A stretch of 63,301 nucleotides of DNA, counting the filler, from Octopus bimaculoides (Eukaryota): the NCBI RefSeq assembly GCF_001194135.2. It is 7 parts of 7 records of this genome, joined end to end, with 100 filler letters (N's around TTAATTAATTAA, not from the genome) between each part and the next. Parts side by side here need not be neighbours in the genome. Positions count along the whole stretch, not along the records: positions 2,823 to 28,915 come from NC_068982.1; positions 29,016 to 36,555 come from NC_069002.1; positions 36,656 to 46,110 come from NC_068986.1; 4 more parts are not named here. The stretch is one strand, 5' to 3'. Below the pieces are notes generated by a model. The model worked only from the letters and a program-made list of their open reading frames with translations. It was not told where the DNA came from and searched no databases. Positions 26,305 to 38,611 of this stretch are shown piece after piece; the first letter of the stretch is position 1; each line of letters begins with the position of its first letter. The position numbers and the translations under genes are program-made.

Positions 26305-26655
26305 ATGTTAAAAGCTGAAGATAGTGAAAAAGAGAACACCTACGCTGAACTATTAAGAAATCTGCAGTTACTCTATCTAGATTACAAGTTCAGGTTTATA
26401 CCTGTAATTATTGGGGTCATAGAATATGTAACACTGCCTAAATACCAATCTTGAGAAATTAGGCTTCTCAAAACCAGAAAAGAAGGAATTCAATTCGAAG
26501 ACTACAGATCCAATCCATCACTGGAATTGTAAAAATCTGTAAAACTTTTCAGAAGTTTATCAATTAAATATATATGAGCAAGTCTAGATATGTAGCTATA
26601 TGCATGAGAAGACATACATAAAACATACAAATTTTCACATATACATACATACATG

Positions 26656-26690
<35 letters not shown>

Positions 26691-26850
26691 ACATACATAC
26701 ATACATACATACATACATACATACATACATGCATACATGCAAACAAAAATACCCTGTTGTTGATGTTGAAATTTTAATGAAGGAGCCTTGGATCTAGGTT
26801 AGAAACCGGTTCATTCTCTATTGGCAAGAAATCTTGAAATAAAACTGAAC
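26305..26850 (+). mobile_element. Restriction-like-endonuclease non-LTR retrotransposon (R4-like) 3' end
   Basis: EKENTYAELLRNLQLLYLDYKFRFIPVIIG...LEKLGF, followed by a microsatellite-containing 3' tail. Confidence 0.65.
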
Positions 26851-26861
26851 AATCAAACACA

Positions 26862-26935
<74 letters not shown>

Positions 26936-27764
26936 AATATGTAAATAAATATCACGATAAATGGAATATGCGAGAAATTTATTGCGCACAACGACCGTTT
27001 CGACCCATCCTGCATCGATCCCTCGCGGGTGGGATACTGTACATCTGGTTGTGGGGCATCCCTCGGTGCATACGCATTTCCTGAGGTGATGTTATAAGGG
27101 TATCTCGTTACATAAACTGGTTCGCTCGGTTTTAATACATGCTGCTTGTGACAGTATGTTTAAGCCGTTTGGCAGGAATGGTGGAGTAAGTTTTTCTTTT
27201 TCGTCATATAGGATTCCTAATTACGCTCTGTCTTTGTCTACAAAATCGCAACGGAGTCCTTCCCTCACCATCACTGCCTAACGGTTTAAACATACTGTCA
27301 CTAGCAACGTGTATTAAAACCGAAACGTAACGCAGACGAAATACTGCTAAGCATTTCGCCCGGCGTGCTAACGTTTCTGACAGATCGTGTGGTAAGAAGC
27401 TTGCTTCCCAACCACATGGTTTCGAGTTCAGTCCCACTGCGTGGCTCATTGGGCAAGTGTCTTCTTCTGCAGCCTCGGGCTGACCAAAGGGTTAGCCCTG
27501 TGAGTAGATTTGGATTATGTATTTGTGTGTTTGTATTTGTCCCTCACCCGCCATCATCGCTTGACAACTGATGTTGGTGTGTTTACGTCCCCGTAATTTA
27601 GGGGATCGGCAAAATAGAGCGATAGAATAAGTACTAGGCTTACAAAGAATAAGTCTTGGCGTCGATCTGTCGACTAAAGGTGGTGCTCCAGCCTGACCGC
27701 AGCCAAATGACTGAAACAAATAAAAGAAAAAAAATGAATATGGAATATATCGTCGTGGCACTCC

Positions 27765-28000
27765 GTCGGTTGCGACGACGAGGGTCCCAGCTGATCCGAT
27801 CAACGGAACAGCCTGCTCATGAAATTAACATGCAAGTGGCTGGGCACTCCACAGACATGTGTAGCCTTAACGTAGTTCTCGGGGGAGATTCAGCGTGACA
27901 CAGAGTGTGACAAGGCTGGCCCCTTTGAATTACAGGTACAACAGAAACAATAAGAAAGAGTGAGAGAAAGTTGTGGTGAAAGAGTACAGCAGGGTTCGCC
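27765..28000 (-). mobile_element. 3' part of a Meta-domain-like tRNA SINE
   Basis: Reverse complement matches 17904-17985. The 5' parts (ttgtgtccttgagcaag...tttatttcac) are at about 9770-9910, 17560-17690 and 19775-19910. Confidence 0.6.
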
Positions 28001-28731
28001 CGCTACCACCCCCTGCCAGAGCCTCGTGGAGCTTTAGGTGTTTTCGTTGATGAAACACAACGCTTGGTTTGGGAATCGNNNNNNNNNNNNNNNNNNNNNN
28101 NNNNNNNNNNNNNNNNNNNNNNNNNNNNNNNNNNNNNNNNNNNNNNNNNNNNNNNNNNNNNNNNNNNNNNNNNNNNNNNNNNNNNNNNNNNNNNNNNNNN
28201 NNNNNNNNNNNNNNNNNNNNNNNNNNNNNNNNNNNNNNNNNNNNNNNNNNNNNNNNNNNNNNNNNNNNNNNNNNNNNNNNNNNNNNNNNNNNNNNNNNNN
28301 NNNNNNNNNNNNNNNNNNNNNNNNNNNNNAATGTATAAATATATGATTACAAAAATGAATTATAAGACGAACAGCATCACTGATAACTGGATGCAACTGG
28401 AATTGTTTTTTTTTTCTTTTTAAAGATTGAGTTTTATTTTATGCAGAGAAAGATAAAACAGGTAAGTGATTTGTTAAGCTGGACAAGAAGTTAAGGAACC
28501 ACGTCAGAACATCCAGAACACACGAGCGCATAGCCACACCCGCCCTCACATACACACACACAGCCGCGTTCCTATACATACACGCATGCACATACACACG
28601 CTGCAGACATACACACACGTATGCACAAACTCGAATTATATCTTGTGGTTCTTCATTTCTGCCGACATTGTGTCTGATTATATCCGATAAGCTGTAATTC
28701 AGAAAGGAAGAAGACAAACAAACAAACTCAC

Positions 28732-28770
<39 letters not shown>

Positions 28771-29392
28771 CACACACACACACACACCCACACAGATGGA
28801 TATACATACATACATACATATATATATATTTAATAATATAAAGAATATATATACATGTATACACACATATATGTACATACTTACATCTACATGTGTATAT
28901 ACATGCATATCAGGGNNNNNNNNNNNNNNNNNNNNNNNNNNNNNNNNNNNNNNNNNNNNTTAATTAATTAANNNNNNNNNNNNNNNNNNNNNNNNNNNNN
29001 NNNNNNNNNNNNNNNTTCCCAGCCACATGGTTCCGGGTTCAGTCCCACTGCATGGCACTTTGGGCGAGAGTCCTCTACTCTAGCTTCGGGCCGACCAAAG
29101 CCTTGTGAGTAGATTTGGTAGACGGAAACTGAAAGAAGCCCATCATATATGTGTGTGTGTGTGTGTCTGTGTATGTGTGTCTGTGTTTGCCTGTGTTTGT
29201 CAGCCCACCATCGCTTGATAACCGATCTTGGTGTGTTTACGTCCCTGTAACCTAGCGGTTCGGCAAAAGAGACCTATGGAATAAGTACTAGGCTTACAAA
29301 GCATAAGTCCTGGGGGTCGATTTGTTCGACTAAAGGTGGTGCTCCAGCATGGTCGCAGTCAAATGACTGAAACAGGTAAAAGAATATATCTG

Positions 29393-29433
<41 letters not shown>

Positions 29434-29960
29434 ACACATACATAGACACACGTACACACACACACACACATACACACACATCAATTCTAAACTCTTCTTC
29501 ACTCATCCGTGCCTACAAATCTTGAACCGATTTACAATTTCCACTCACTAGCCGGAACTTAGCTGTGTATTCTTTATGCAGACGGAACTCTCTCTCGGAG
29601 ATTTCCCTGTCAAACACGCACACGCACTCACACACACACCATATACATACATATAAGGCTTCAAGATATTAAGGTTATTTAACCCCAGGTCACCACAGCT
29701 TGAGCAATGTTTTGATCAAAAGTATTCCAGTCACAACTATCCGTCTTCGTTTTTATTTATTCGTCGTTTCCTATATTTCTCCAGGACAATGGTTACGGTG
29801 GAATACATTATCCAATGTCTTTTATAGTCAGACTGCCGGGTGATTTCGTAATGGGGGAGTTTAGTTGTTATTTCTAGCAGGTCGAGCGACCATTTTTCAG
29901 GTTTCTTTGTTGTCCCGAACAGCGTGTTCTTAGTGGTTATTGAGGTGTGCGTGCGTGCGC

Positions 29961-29997
<37 letters not shown>

Positions 29998-30089
29998 TGG
30001 GTGTGTGTGTGTGTTGGAAAAGAAATATGGAAATGGGAATATTTATAAAAAGGTGGGAGAGTTCTTAGTGTTTGATAAAGATATAGATG

Positions 30090-30166
<77 letters not shown>

Positions 30167-30345
30167 AGTAGGCAAGAACTATATGTGTGTGTGTGGGGGG
30201 GGGGGCTAGATTGATAGGTAGACAGACAGGGAGTCAGGCAGACAAACAGACGGAGTGGCTGATAGATAGATGGATGGATAGATAGCTAGGTTGATTAGAA
30301 TGATTTATATATATGTATATAGTTGATAGATAGGCAGACTGCTAA

Positions 30346-30396
<51 letters not shown>

Positions 30397-30429
30397 CACG
30401 CACATTAAGAGAGAGAGAGAGAGAGAAAT

Positions 30430-30518
<89 letters not shown>

Positions 30519-31056
30519 GAGCGAGAAAGACGGCAAGAAAGATAGTAGAGAGGTGTGAGATTACAAAACGTATATGCATTGCACACCTTCCTCTCTCTCC
30601 TCCCACTACTACTGCAATGCCCACTATTACCTCCACCGTTACGACAATATTAATGTCTGTACCGAGTTCTTAGCCAAACTCCACTTTAGACAGACGAGCA
30701 AGCGAGTAGATAGATCCTCCCTTTCTCTTTCTTTATATCTTTGTCTCTCTCTCTCTCTCTCTCTCTCTTTCGCTTTCCCTCTCCCCTCTCTTTCATTCTC
30801 ACTCCTTCACACACACACATACACTCTCTCTTTCTCTTTCCCTCTCTTTCTCGCCTCTATCACTAACTCCTTCATCACAGACAAACATACACTCAAGGTG
30901 CAGCAGTACCAGTCGTATTTTTACAGACGACAAATTATTAAACAAAAAAAAAACTCACTTAAAACAGATAACAAACATACAAAAAAGGTTAGTGTTTCTT
31001 TATTCTTCGTCTTCTTATATTTTCAATCTTTGTTCTGTCAAAAATTATTTCATTAT

Positions 31057-31310
31057 TTTTGTCTCAAAGACTTTCGTTCTCTGTTCCTCAGTCAAATTTT
31101 TACCTTTATTCTGCCATTTCCCCCTTTTTGTTTCTAATTTTCTCTTCGCTATTTTTTTCGCCAAGACTTTCGTTCTGTTCCTCAGTCAAATTTTTACCTT
31201 TATTCTGCAATTTTCCCCCTTTTTTTAAAAAATTTTATGTTCGCTATTTTTTCTCAAAGACTTTCGTTCTGTTCCCCAGTAAAATTTTACCTTTATTCTG
31301 CCATTTCCTT
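31057..31310. repeat. ~95-bp minisatellite, about 3 units
   Basis: caaagactttcgttct...gtcaaatttttacctttattctgc recurs at about 31066, 31162 and 31256. Confidence 0.85.
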
Positions 31311-32059
31311 CCTTCTTTCTTTCTTCTAATTTTCTTCCTCTTCTTTCCTTATTTTCTGAGGGGTTTTTTGTAATTCTATACATATTTTTCATTTTTTGAT
31401 TTTTCTCGGTGAAAAATGTAACAAAAATAATCAAAATTGAAGGAAAAAATATAAAAATTGTAAAAATATTTTCTTTCTTAAAAACATTTTATTTCTATTT
31501 CTATTGTTTGTCTGGGCTTTTGTTTGCGGCTTGTTTTCGCTCATGTGTGTATATGAATATGCATGTATGTATAAGTGTTTATATATGTGTGAGTGTATGT
31601 ATGTGTGTGTGGGCGCGCGTATGTATGAATATCTATATATTGGTATAGATGTATGTATACCTATAAATATATTTGTGTGTATGTATATGCAAGTGTGTGT
31701 GGGTTCGCGAACTACAATCCAACACGCTTACTTTTAGAAATACACACGCACACACACACACACACACACACTTACATACTTATATATATATACACACACT
31801 TTATCTAAATATATATACACACTCTTAATATAAATATATATACACACAGATCGNNNNNNNNNNNNNNNNNNNNNNNNNNNNNNNNNNNNNNNNNNNNNNN
31901 NNNNNNNNNNNNNNNNNNNNNNNNNNNNNNNNNNNNNNNNNNNNNNNNNNNNNNNNNNNNNNNNNNNNNNNNNNNNNNNNNNNNNNNNNNNNNNNNNNNN
32001 NNNNNNNNNNNNNNNNNNNNNNNNNNNNNNNNNNNNNNNNNNNNNNNNNNNNNNNNNNN

Positions 32060-32113
<54 letters not shown>

Positions 32114-32976
32114 GTACTCATCCATATATGTAGGCATGAATATAAGCATACATGAAAAATATATCTATAAACATACATACATACGGGTGTGCGTGTGTGT
32201 GTGTGTGTGTAATATTCATATTATCTAATTTAGAATTGTATGTAAGATTGCTTGCACGTACGTGCGTATGTATGTACGCATCTATGTATGTGTGTAAGTA
32301 CGCGTGCATGTATGTATGTATGTGTGTTTCACCGGGTGTATATATTGCACAATGTTTAGCAAATATGCGAACAATGGAGCACACGGCACCGGCCCCCGCC
32401 GCCATCAAGAAATATCGTGGTCCACCGTCGAATGTCCAATTTCGCGTCTTCAGCCTCATTATGAAATCCTCTCCCTTACAAAGGGTTCTTTTGTCCCCGT
32501 TCAATATATCAGACCACCGATTTTGTTAGGGCTTCGTAAGGATTACAACGATGTGCTAGCGCGCGCGTATATCTGTGTGCGTGTGCGTGCGTGTGTGTGT
32601 GTGTGTGTTTGTTTGTGTACGTGTGTGTGTATGTGTGCGTGGCTATTAATATGTATATGTAACAAGCCGCTGCGATTTGATATGTGCACGTGTGTGTGTG
32701 TGTGTCTGTGTGTGTGTGTATGTGTGTATGAGTGTGTGCGGCATGTGCAAGTTAATATGTGTGTGTGTGTGTGGCTATGAGGACGACTCTGTGTGTGTGT
32801 GTTTGTGTGTGTGTGAGTGTGAGCGGCATGTATAAGTTTATGTGTATGTATGTGCAACGATGAGGAAGACTGTGTGTATGTGTGTCTCTGCGTGTGCGTA
32901 TGTGTGTGTATGTGTGTGTGTGCGGCTATTAGTGTGCAGATGTAGTAAGCCGCTGCGCGTTTATGTGTGCACGTGT

Positions 32977-33009
<33 letters not shown>

Positions 33010-33444
33010 TGTGCACGTGTGTGTGTGTGTGAGTGCGAGCGGCTTGTGTAAGTATATGTATACATGTATGTGTAGCTATGAGTGCGTTTATAATAAGCCA
33101 ATGTGTGTTTATGTGTGCACGTGTATGCGTCTGTGTGTGTGTCTGTGTGCGTGTGTGTGTTTGTGTGTGTCTGTGTGTTTGTGTGTATGCTGCATGTGCA
33201 AGGGTATGAGTGAATTAATGTGTATATATATATATATATATATATAGGGGTGGGGAGTATAAGNNNNNNNNNNNNNNNNNNNNNNNNNNNNNNNNNNNNN
33301 NNNNNNNNNNNNNNNNNNNNNNNNNNNNNNNNNNNNNNNNNNNNNNNNNNNNNNNNNNNNNNNNNNNNNNNNNNNNNNNNNNNNNNNNNNNNNNNNNNNN
33401 NNNNNNNNNNNNNNNNNNNNNNNNNNNNNNNNNNNNNNNNNNNN

Positions 33445-33491
<47 letters not shown>

Positions 33492-34759
33492 AGATTTGTA
33501 TGACTGGACTTGTGTGTATGTGTGCATGCATCTCAACCCCCTCTTCCCTCTCTCTTCCTCCTTCTCCCGTCTCTCTAATTCTCTCCGTTTCCCACTCTCT
33601 CGTTCTCTCTCTATCTCTTCCTCTCTTATTTCTCTCTCCATATTTTCCTCTGTGTGTGTGTGCATGTGTGCTATGTGTGTGTGTATGCGAGTATGTCACC
33701 ATTCATTATTTCTGTGCATGTGTGTGTGTGTGAGTACTATGTGTGTGTATGTATGCACGTATGTGTGTGTGTGTGTGCGTGTGTGTATCGGTGCTTCTAC
33801 CCATGTGTGTGTATATGTATGTCGGTTGAAAACATGTATGTGTACGCCCATGCTCGCGTGTTGGTGAGAGTGCGCCTCTTGTGCGTGTGTGCGTGTGTGA
33901 GCGTGTGTGTATGTGTGAGTGTGTGTGCGTGTGCGTTTGGGTGTGTGTATATGTATGTACGCGTGTTTGTGCGTGTATGTGTGTGTGTGTGTATGTGTGT
34001 GTGTATACACTGTTAGTTGTTACCTTTGTTTAAAACCCGCTCGTACCCGATCTAGCATATCTATTCTCAAAGCGATTCCATCCGTGACAATCCCCTCTTT
34101 TTTTACGTAACATATATAATTTAAAGCATCCTCTATTTTTACAAACTATTATCTGCGACATGCGGGAGATTTAGCTGCTATTTTCAGCATACCGGGCGAA
34201 CGCGTAAAAGCTCCCTCGTTAGCGCGTTGGCTGACGATAACTTCTGTGTATATGTATGTGTGTGTGTGCGTGAGTGTGTGTGTGTGTGTGAGTGTGTGTG
34301 TGAATTTAAGTGGATATTTCTATCTTAGGATGTGTGTATGTGTGGCTGTATATATGTATATGAGCGTATGTGTGTGTGTGTGTGTGTGTGTTTTTGTGTA
34401 TGTGTATATATATATATATTTCTGTATGTGTGTCTGTGTATGTGTGTAAATGCGTGTAATTGAATGGGTAGCTCTCTGTATGTGTGTGTGTGTGTGTCTG
34501 CCTGCCGGTCTATATCTACCTGTGTATTTATCCGTCGCTCTATGTCCGAGTCTGTGTGTAAGAGAGAGGGACAGACAGACAAGCAGACAGAAAGTGCGTG
34601 TGTCTCTTCTCTGTGTGTGTGTGTGAGAGAGAGAGGGAGGGAATGTGTGTGCTTATGCTTGTGTCTGCGTGTCTCTGTGTATAATCCAAGACTTGCCTTC
34701 AAACTCTTCCTAGGACTATTCGCCGGTTTCGTTATATATTGCAGTTCGATTTTCAATCA

Positions 34760-34829
34760 TGTATTTCTTTCTTTTCATTATACTTAATTTTCTGTCTCTC
34801 TTTTCCCTTCAGTTTTTTTTTATCTATCC

Positions 34830-34876
<47 letters not shown>

Positions 34877-35880
34877 CACCTACCTATCTATCTATCTGTC
34901 TATCTATCTATCTATCAGTCTTTCATTTTCTCTATCGCTTTTAAGTTCTTTTCTGTCTTTCTTTCTTTTTCTTTCTTATACTATTTTTTTCATTCTCTTT
35001 GAATTATTTCTTTCTGTTTTCCTTCTTTCCCTCATTCATTCTGAAGTTTTTTTTCTTTCTTTCTTTCGGCCTTCGGTCGTTCTTTTTGGCATTAATTCTT
35101 TCACACCTTTTTCTTTTTCATCCAGTTATTCTTTCATTCGTTCCTTCTTTCCTTTTCATTCTTCCATTCTTCCTTTCTTTCTTTCATTCTTTCTTTCTTT
35201 CTTTCATTCTTTCGTTCTTTCTTTCATTCTTTCATTCTTTCTTTCATTCTTTCGTTCTTTCATTTGTCTTCTATGCATTATTAATTCGTTTCCTTTTCCT
35301 TTCTCTTTCCTTCTTTCTCTCATTCTTTCCTTCGTTTTGTTCTTTCTTTCCTTCATTCATTCTTTCATTCTTTTTCGTTCTTTCTTTCCTTTATTCATTC
35401 TTTCATTCTTTTTCGTTCTTTCTTTCATTCTGCCTTTCGTTCTTTCTTTCTTTCTTTCTTTCATTCATTCATTATTTCTTTCATTCTTTCTTCCATCCTT
35501 TTTATTCATTATTCATTCTTTCCCTCTTCTTTTCTCTCCCCTTCTTTCTGTTATTCTTTCATTCTTTCTTTCTTTCGTTCTTCTTATCCATTCATTCATT
35601 CCTTCCCTTCTTTCTTTCATTCTTCTTTCTAATTTTTCTTTAACTCTTTCATTTTTCTTTCCCTTTCTTTCATTCCTCCTTTCTTCCTTCTCCCTTTATT
35701 TCCTTCGTTTCTTCAATCGTTCTTTATTCCTTCATTCCTTCATCAGTTTCTTTCTTTCTCTCTCGCTTTCTATCATTATTTAACTTCTTTATGTCCATCC
35801 ACCCCTTTTCATTCATTCTTTCATTCGCATCTTTTTCTTTCTTTCTTTGAAATTCGTTCGTCATTTGCTTTCTCATTCTT
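34760..35880. repeat. Polypyrimidine (TTTC/TTCA)n low-complexity tract
   Basis: Direct inspection; source of the F/L/S-rich ORFs. Confidence 0.9.
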
Positions 35881-35962
35881 CTCATTCGAGTTATGTAAAA
35901 ATGAATTTAAATAAGATACAGTTACTTTCTTCTTCAGTGCCCCTATATGTATGTATACGTGC

Positions 35963-36003
<41 letters not shown>

Positions 36004-36090
36004 TATGCATCTATGTGTACTTCTATATGTGTGTGTGAGTGTGTGTGTGTATGTGTGTATGCATCTATGTATACCTCCATATGTGTGTGT

Positions 36091-36121
<31 letters not shown>

Positions 36122-36510
36122 CGTGTGTGTGCGTGTGTGTGTGTGTATATATATATGAACATGTACACACACACATACACATACATACGAATACGGAAAT
36201 ATCCTAACACACACACACAAGGCCATAGAAGAAATTTGCCGAAGGTACCGCGCGAAGGAATGGAACTCGAGACAACTGGATTGCGTAACAAATTTTTTAA
36301 CATACGCACACACACACATACACACGCACGCATGCACACACATACACGCAAACGCACACACACACATTCACATACACGTATATAGATATGTGTACATATG
36401 TATATACATATGTATATACATATGTATATACACACACACACATACACATACACATAGTTATATATTTGTATGCATGTGTGTGCGCGCGTGCGTTTTTGTG
36501 AGTGTGTGTA

Positions 36511-36555
<45 letters not shown>

Positions 36556-36655
36556 NNNNNNNNNNNNNNNNNNNNNNNNNNNNNNNNNNNNNNNNNNNNT
36601 TAATTAATTAANNNNNNNNNNNNNNNNNNNNNNNNNNNNNNNNNNNNNNNNNNNN

Positions 36656-36995
36656 TGCAGTGATTCCTGATGGGCCGGGGGCTTTCCCTGTCTTCATACT
36701 CTTAATTGCTTTATCTACCCTGGTACTGTCAACTCGGATAGCTGGTCCCTCTGTTGGGTCGACATACGGCAGGCTCTCTTTCTCCCATTCATTCTCTTTA
36801 TTAAGCAATCTATCGTAGTGGCATCTCCAGACCTCTTTCTTTGCAGCCTCATTTAGTGCAAGCGTACCATCATCCATGCGAACACATTTCTCTCCTACAA
36901 CATCACTATTCTCTCTCCTACACTGTCTTGCAACACGAAATACCTCGAGTCTCTGGTCCTCACGGCGCAGAACATTGGCAAATCTTTTCTTATCT
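36656..36995 (-). mobile_element. RTE-clade LINE ORF2 fragment (region upstream of the RT)
   Basis: EVWRCHYDRLLNKENEWEKESLPYVDPTEGP...MKTGKAPGPSGITA. Confidence 0.85.
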
Positions 36996-37293
36996 GCTTC
37001 CCCTATATATAAATTAAATAGAGAGATACTATTGACAATCCAATTTATTTATATTATAATATTACATATTATACTATGAATATAATATAACATAACATAA
37101 TATTATATAACATGAACAATTATTAAAAAACCCATAAAAGGCCAACAAATTGTTCCGACTTATATACATTTTTTCTGATATATATACATAATAACAATTT
37201 CCTTATATATAAAGTCACCTCAGGGTCATGGTTTAAAAATAGACGAAATTCCGTGTGAAAGGACGGCTGGATTGTAAAAATTAATTCAAATGT

Positions 37294-37497
37294 CTAGCTA
37301 GTCTTGAGTGGTCGACCCTAACCCTATCCCTAACCCTAACCCTGTCCCTAACCCTATCCCTAACCCTAACCCGCGTGTGCAAATGAATACGTGTTTAGGG
37401 TTAGGGTTAGGGTTAGGATCGACCACTCACGACTAGCTAGCGCGGACGCGCGACTGCGCGTTCGGGACTGCGCGTTCGGGTCTGCTTTAGTAGTACC
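37294..37497. mobile_element. Fold-back element with inverted telomeric repeats (Helentron/HINE-like or MITE)
   Basis: 22-bp inverted repeat (37294-37315 / 37419-37440, one mismatch) encloses (CCCTAA)n and (TTAGGG)n arrays; a GC-rich tail ends gctttagtagtacc. Confidence 0.65.
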
Positions 37498-37910
37498 AAG
37501 CACTTTAATGGACGATACAACCAAGTAAGTGCAATCCACAACTTTCGAAATTCACTTCATTACATCTCAAACACATACCAATTGAAATCCTTTCATATCC
37601 AAGATAGTCCCTTGCCACCACAACATACAACAATAAGATATGTGTGTATATAAATGTATATAATTAAGTATCTAAGTCTTTCCCTATGTATAACTGCAAC
37701 AAAAAATATATAAGCAATTATATCTTCAATACAACAACTCTTTTATTCATTTAAATTAATTGATATGTAAACATGCAAGGAGAATGATAGCTTGATTGAA
37801 TTTTAAATTTATACTTGCTCACTAATATTCACCTGGAAGTCATAGAGCCTTCAGTCAAACAACATGCACGGAGAGGTAAATATGAGTTTTGAAATAGTTT
37901 ATGTAGTAAG

Positions 37911-37970
37911 CCTAGCTGATGAGCTTTAAGTGTTGGTTCAATACAGAAAGCGAAACCAATCGATACTAAG
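37911..37970 (+). ncRNA. Type I hammerhead ribozyme motif, copy 1 (partly degenerate)
   Basis: CCTAG CTGATGA GCTTT-aa-GTGTTG-gtt-CAATAC-ag-AAAGC GAAA CC AATC GAT A|CTAAG. Core and helix II intact; helices I and III carry mismatches. Folded by eye. Confidence 0.75.
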
Positions 37971-38336
37971 ATGTCTATGATCTTATTTGTATTTTACTAA
38001 ATGTATCTTACAAATAAGAGGACTGTTTCAGAGAAATATATTCTCTATATTCTCCGTGCATGTTTACATATAGTGAGAGATGCATGGTTTTGGAGGGTTT
38101 TAACTCCTCCTTCAAGCAAACATGTATATATTGTACCCTGAATTTTTATGATATATTTTGCTTATTTGAATTATGTTTGCTGGTCACCTTATCATTATTT
38201 TTATAGGTCATGATAACTTATTTAAATTTTAAATTTATACTTGCTCATTAATGTTCATTTGGAAGTTGCAGGACTTTCAGTAGAACAATGCACATGGAGA
38301 GGTAAATATATTTTTTGAAATAGTTTATGCAGTAAG

Positions 38337-38396
38337 CCTATCTGATAAGCTTTAAATGTTGGTTCAACACAGAAAGTGAAATCAATTGATACTAGG
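38337..38396 (+). ncRNA. Type I hammerhead ribozyme motif, copy 2 (partly degenerate)
   Basis: CCTAT CTGATAA GCTTT...AAAGT GAAA TC AATT GAT A|CTAGG. Helix III (ATC/GAT with palindromic AATT loop) and the 3' strand of helix I are intact; core G8 is mutated. Confidence 0.7.
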
Positions 38397-38574
38397 ATGT
38401 CTATGATCTTATTTACATTTTACTAAATGTATCTTACAAGTGGGAGGACTGTTTCAGAGAAATATATTTGCTATATTCTCCGTGAGTGTTTACATACAGT
38501 GAGAGATGCATGGTTTTGGAGGGTTTCAATTCCTCTTTCAAGCAAACAGGTACATATTGTACTCTGACTTTTTG

Positions 38575-38611
<37 letters not shown>

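Larger units (their letters stand above)
37801..38575 (+). repeat. 426-bp tandem repeat (about 1.8 units), one hammerhead per unit; retrozyme-like
   Basis: ttttaaatttatacttgctc starts at 37801 and 38227. Predicted cleavage sites 37965 and 38391 are 426 nt apart. The second unit ends at a (TA)n run and gap. Confidence 0.8.
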
